DNA from: Oikopleura dioica
Taxonomy: Eukaryota > Animalia > Chordata
DNA: 64,000 bases
Direction of reading: 5' to 3'
Assembly: GCA_907165135.1 (NCBI GenBank)
Contig: OU015569.1
Coordinates: 11,966,001 to 12,030,000, forward strand
Shown here piece by piece: positions 59,901 to 64,000 of this stretch (position 1 is the stretch's first letter; every line of letters starts with the position of its first letter). A program made the translations under genes and the position numbers. Under the pieces are notes generated by a model. It was given only the letters and a program-made list of their open reading frames with translations, was not told where the DNA came from and ran no database searches.

Positions 59901-61828
59901 CTCGTCATTGATTGAGCATGTGATTGAGCCACCAATTGGAGCTTCCATGTCAGTGCATCGTCGAGCACCGTCGTGACAGGCTGGGAAGATGAGCTGATTG
60001 TATGGAAGTTCTGGAGCCCAAGTTCCAGTTTCAAGGTTACAGATGTAGAGACTGGTATGGCCGTGCTGATATCCGTTGTCGCAGTTGACAGCGCACATCT
60101 TCAATCCACCGAAAACCTTGCATTCAACGTGACCGTTGACTGGAGCGATGGCGTTGCACATCTTCTCGTAGTGAACAGCGTAGCCTTCCTTTGGCTCGGC
60201 GTCGGTGATGGAAACGTGCTGGACCTCGTCAGTCTCAAGAGCGTAGAAGACGCAGTAGTTGTTGAGCTTGAGCATTTCGTTTGTCTTTGTGGTGGCGATC
60301 CAGGCGACGGAAGAGTAGGTCTTCTTTGCCTTGAAAGAAGCAAACTGGTCAATGTCGGCCATCTTCTCCCATGAGCCGTCCATAGTAACAACGTAGAGCT
60401 TGATAGCTTCGTCGAAATTGTTGATGAACTCAACTTGTCGCTTTTCAGCGCCGACTGTGTTGAAAGTTCTCCAGTATGGTCGGACTGGGCAAGTCATCTG
60501 CCAAGTTTCAGCAAACTCGACAGAATCAGAACAGATATTTCCGTTCTTAGCGAGGTAATCGTTGTCGATATCGCCATCGAAGGATCCGCAAAGACCTTCA
60601 GTATCAGAAAATGACTTGGTAGTTTTGATGAAGTGTGAGCCAGAAAGTGGACAGTACATGAAAACGGACTTGCCGTAGTTCTCTGGGTTTGTGATCGAAA
60701 CCCATTCACCATCAAAAGTGGCGACGAAGCCACCTTCGAGTCGGAGAGGTTCTTCACCGACGCTGAGAAGCTGTCCTTCTGAAGAAATGACGAACTTTCC
60801 GTTGTTGAATCGGAGAGTGAAGACCTTGTCGCCCTTTCGGAACTCGATCCATCGCTTAGCATGAGAGTCTGATCCAAAGTTCTGAAGCGGGAGCATGGTG
60901 ATGGTGAATTGGCCATCTCGGCTCTTGAGCAACGTAAGTGGACCATCAGCTCCGTAGCCGTAGATCTGTCCATCGAAGGTCTTGTACCAAACGTCGTCCC
61001 AGTGGACACATGCACCGTCGAGATCCATGTGGTTGGGAACCATTGGCCTTGATGGGATCTTGGCGAACTGGCTGCAGTCAACATTTTCAGTGCTTCGCGT
61101 GTTAGCGATTTCTTTGCCCTGTGGATCGACGCACCAGCTCTCGCCGGTTTGAGCGTCTACCTGCTTGGACTCGTAATCGCCCTGTGCGTCGCACTGTGGA
61201 GACTGAGCACCCGCACCAGCAGCCATCTTTGCTCGAAGACACTGTGTGAGTCGAATACATCTTGGCACCTCGCTAGCGGGATCCCAAATTCCGAGATCGT
61301 TTGCACAAGAAAATGTTTTCTCGATCTCAAGAGCATCGGAGAAAACAAATCCGCGGTTACATTGTGCAGTGCAAATTCTTAAAAATTTTTTGAAAAATTC
61401 CTTATCCAGTCTCTTTAGACTATTTTGCTTAAACCTATTGATTTTTTCAGAGTACCAGAGATCACATGAAAAAATGGCCAACTCTGAGTAACGAAACAAA
61501 TTTTTTCCGACCAAATTTTTGTCGCAGTATTAAAAAAGGTAAATATTTGTAACAAGTACTTAATTCTGACGCCGTTTCAGTTTTTTGAAAAAATAAGATT
61601 CGGACCGCAATTTGAAGCAGTAGTAATCTGAACTTACGTATCGTAGTCGGAGACGTAGCAATTGATTTCACCGTTGATTGGAGCAAGCAAATTGCGGCAG
61701 AGATTCTTCTCTGTGAAAAGCTCAGCAGAGTCGAAGCCCTCGGAGTAAACCGACTTCTCAGCAGGTGTTACTCCTGGTGCCAGAATGGTCCAAAGAGAAA
61801 GGACCTTGGCGGGGTTAAGCATCCCCAT
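44940..61828 (-). CDS. Giant secreted vWF/gel-forming mucin-like protein, ~5,540 aa, 2 exons (61828-61638 and 61377-44940)
   Basis: Signal-like MGMLNPAKVLSLWTILAPGVTP; GT-AG intron 61378-61637; sushi, thyroglobulin-1 (QC..WCVD), VWD-C8-TIL assemblies, VWC and Thr/Pro/His repeats, a fourth C-terminal VWD, VWC run, and a cystine knot (CSGEC..CSCC..ECSC). Confidence 0.92.
49460..55144 (-). repeat. Three tandem ~1887-1890-bp coding repeats (~629 aa each) in the mucin
   Basis: Equivalent positions at 49513, 51400 and 53290; near-identical VWC plus PTS units. Confidence 0.95.
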
Positions 61829-62202
61829 GCTGCGTTTTAAACGCTTGTCTGTTTTGTTGTTTTTGTTTTACTAAACAAGTGTGGTTAGAAATAAACAGGC
61901 TCGATTCTATCTCTTTACTTACCACTCCTAAAAAGGCGTGAGAAAAAAGGGCTTTATCTAAATAAAACCCTCGGGTCAGAAACACTGACTGATTCCAAAT
62001 GCTCAGAATCCTGCTATTTATTTCCGCGAACTTCGGTTTCAAGAGTCCTTGAAGGCAGCGCCCATCTTCCAGGATCTCTAGGAAATCGGCTAATCATCCG
62101 CGAATTTTCCAGAAGCTTTTATCTAAATAGCAACAAAATTTAAAATAAAAGAATAATTTTTAGGAAATCTTAATTCTCTAATGGACTTTCTTAGTCCATT
62201 AA

Positions 62203-62516
62203 GGACCCCCGCCAACGATTTTCCTCAAAAAATCAAAAATTTTAAAACAGCCATATTTTTTAAAACTTGTTCGGAGCACTTTTTGACCAATAAAAATCTA
62301 AAATTTTAGCGAATATGGGACTTTTTCGTCATTTTTCGTCAAAAGTCCAATTTTCAAACGCGATTTTAAGGGTGTTTGAATCGAGATAGACCCCAAAAAA
62401 TGAAGCCTCAAAATCGTTTTTTGACCTGTAGAATCCATTTCTGGGGTCAAAATTTTGAAATTCCGAAAATAGATTTTTCGAAAATTGTTGACGGGGGGGA
62501 GGGGGGGGTTTGTTCC
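62203..62516. mobile_element. Degenerate TTAA-flanked GG..CC element upstream of the mucin
   Basis: TTAA-ggacccccgccaacgattttc.. / ..gaaaattgttgacggggg..ttcc-TTAA. Confidence 0.5.
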
Positions 62517-63189
62517 TTAAGGCTTTGAAATTTAAGGGTGTCACTAGGTTTATCTTTTGCAAAGATATTTCTTGTCTTGGCTCAATAGTAACTAAAAGTG
62601 CTTTATAAAAGGGGTTGAACACAGCCCTTTTGACCTACTTTAACTTTATTATAGACTGGAGAGATTTGGAATCTGAGATTCGGTATTTGAAGGAGGGAGA
62701 TCTTTCTGGAATGGAATTGCGACACGTGAAGAATGTAAGAGCTCCTTGAGGATCAAGAATCGGCGTTGTGTCGGTTCTTGCTAAGTATAGCTCAAGTTGT
62801 CTTCTGAGATCTGTTGAAGAGGCGGATCAGAAGACGGACCTTCGCGCGCGTCAAGAGGATCAGCACCGGCTTCTTGAGCACTCTACAAATCCAGGACATC
62901 GGCGATGAACTTAGCACGTCACTTCTGAAACAGCATCCGGTCTTTCCTTCTCGAAAATATTCAAGAAGCTTCGAACTCTCTTCTGTCACGGAAAAAAATT
63001 TATTGGTCAATATTATGCAACATATCTATTGATAACTCGAAGTTTTTAAAAACATAAAATAAAATTTCTTAATAAAAAATGTCAAAAATATAACTTTTAA
63101 TTTTAAATTAAAAAAATTTTAAAGAAGTATAATTTTCAAGTTTCATATTGAAATTCTCTTATAGAAATCATTAATCACCCTTTTTAATT

Positions 63190-63939
63190 TATTTTGACGG
63201 ACAGGTTGAAACAACAGCGATTCTTTTTTTAGGCTTCTATGTCTGAAGCTAAAATATAAGATTATTTCAGCTGTGTTTTATTAATTGATTTCACTAACCT
63301 GCCAGCCTGGAGAGAACGAATTGGACTTGAAACGAAATAAAAGACTGAAGCAAAGTAAAAAGTCGGCTCTTATTTTAAGAAAATGCTTACCAAAAACATA
63401 GCGGCGGCAAAAATAAAGCAGTAAAGAACAAAAGTCATAATTAAACCGATACTGTAGTCGATCGAATGAAACGATTTTATAAAGAAGAAATATGAAAATC
63501 CTTTCAAAGGTCTTGAGCCTTTTCTTATTTTCTTTGGGGTTCGGGTTAGGGTTTGGGTTGAAGGATGAAGGCTTCATGAAGCTTAAAGACGCTTTTTCCT
63601 AAAGCCAAAAAGCTGTTCGCCAAAGCCAGGCCGCTGCAGAACAGATAGACATCATGCTTTACATCTTGCAAGCATTTATTCGCCACGAGCAGGAAAGCAA
63701 TATTCAAAATCACAAGGCTGAAATATTTTTAAGGATAAAAAAAGTTGAAATTTTTACCAATAATGAGCGACAATAACTGCGTGAACGAGCGAAGTGAGCT
63801 GCTCTGAAAGAAGAAATGCAAAGATCACTGCGTTTCCCAAGCATAAAAGCCCAAAAGTTAGACATATCCAGAGCAGCCAGCTTCCAGCTATTTCGATGTC
63901 CGAAAAGAAGGATTTTTGAATCTGAATAAGGTGATCCAT
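63190..63939 (-). CDS. Partial multi-pass membrane protein of unknown family
   Basis: Successive hydrophobic exons WLLWICLTFGLLCLGNAVIFAFLL, LVILNIAFLLV, YLFCSGLALANSFLAL and IGLIMTFVLYCFIFAAAMFL, separated by short introns. Confidence 0.45.
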
Positions 63940-63946
63940 TGCTCTT

Positions 63947-64000
63947 GGTTTGGCGACCTGTGTTGAAGCCTGAGTCAGAGTCCTGAGTCAGAATTTTAAG
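63947..64000. mobile_element. Start of another CTGAGTCAG-family MITE, cut by the window edge
   Basis: ggcgacctgtgttgaagcctgagtcagagtcctgagtcag. Confidence 0.55.

Noticed and set aside
44953-61491. Many antisense and alternative-frame ORFs over the mucin, up to ~330 aa
   Set aside because: They are shadows of the biased, repetitive Cys/Thr codon usage and recur with the repeat period.
61378-61514. N-terminal ~46 aa of the 5524-aa ORF
   Set aside because: This is AT-rich intron sequence; the GT donor at 61637 and AG acceptor at 61378 join in frame to a signal-peptide exon.
62792-63032. Overlapping 72-aa ORFs on both strands
   Set aside because: GC-richer and possibly exonic, but no motif or consistent frame could be assigned.

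Overview
Eukaryotic, gene-dense animal DNA with very short introns, non-GT 5' splice sites and closely packed same-strand genes. These traits best fit a larvacean tunicate (Oikopleura-like); the organism is inferred, not proven. Genes read from the sequence, in order: PAR-bZIP factor (partial), ABCB9/TAP-like half transporter, LDAH, separase, a truncated ER-type FKBP, a Gla-EGF-ZP membrane protein, a divergent kinase fused to a papain-fold peptidase, an NR1I (VDR/PXR-like) receptor with a decayed partial copy, two inverted paralogues of a Cys-rich/Kelch type-II membrane protein, an EGF-ZP protein, a ~5,540-aa vWF/gel-forming-mucin-like protein with one 16.4-kb exon, and a partial polytopic membrane protein. 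Many non-autonomous DNA transposons have readable TIRs and TSDs. Main finding: six TIR elements sit inside coding sequence and each can be removed in frame as a G(N)..AG intron; two of them form introns absent from the paralogous gene, which suggests introner-type intron gain enabled by a relaxed 5' splice site. Other highlights are the kinase-papain fusion with papain-like catalytic spacing, the Gla-ZP protein and a VHL-beta-like module in the mucin. Several single-base frameshifts fall in homopolymers and are probably assembly errors. No transposase, rRNA, tRNA or CRISPR was seen.
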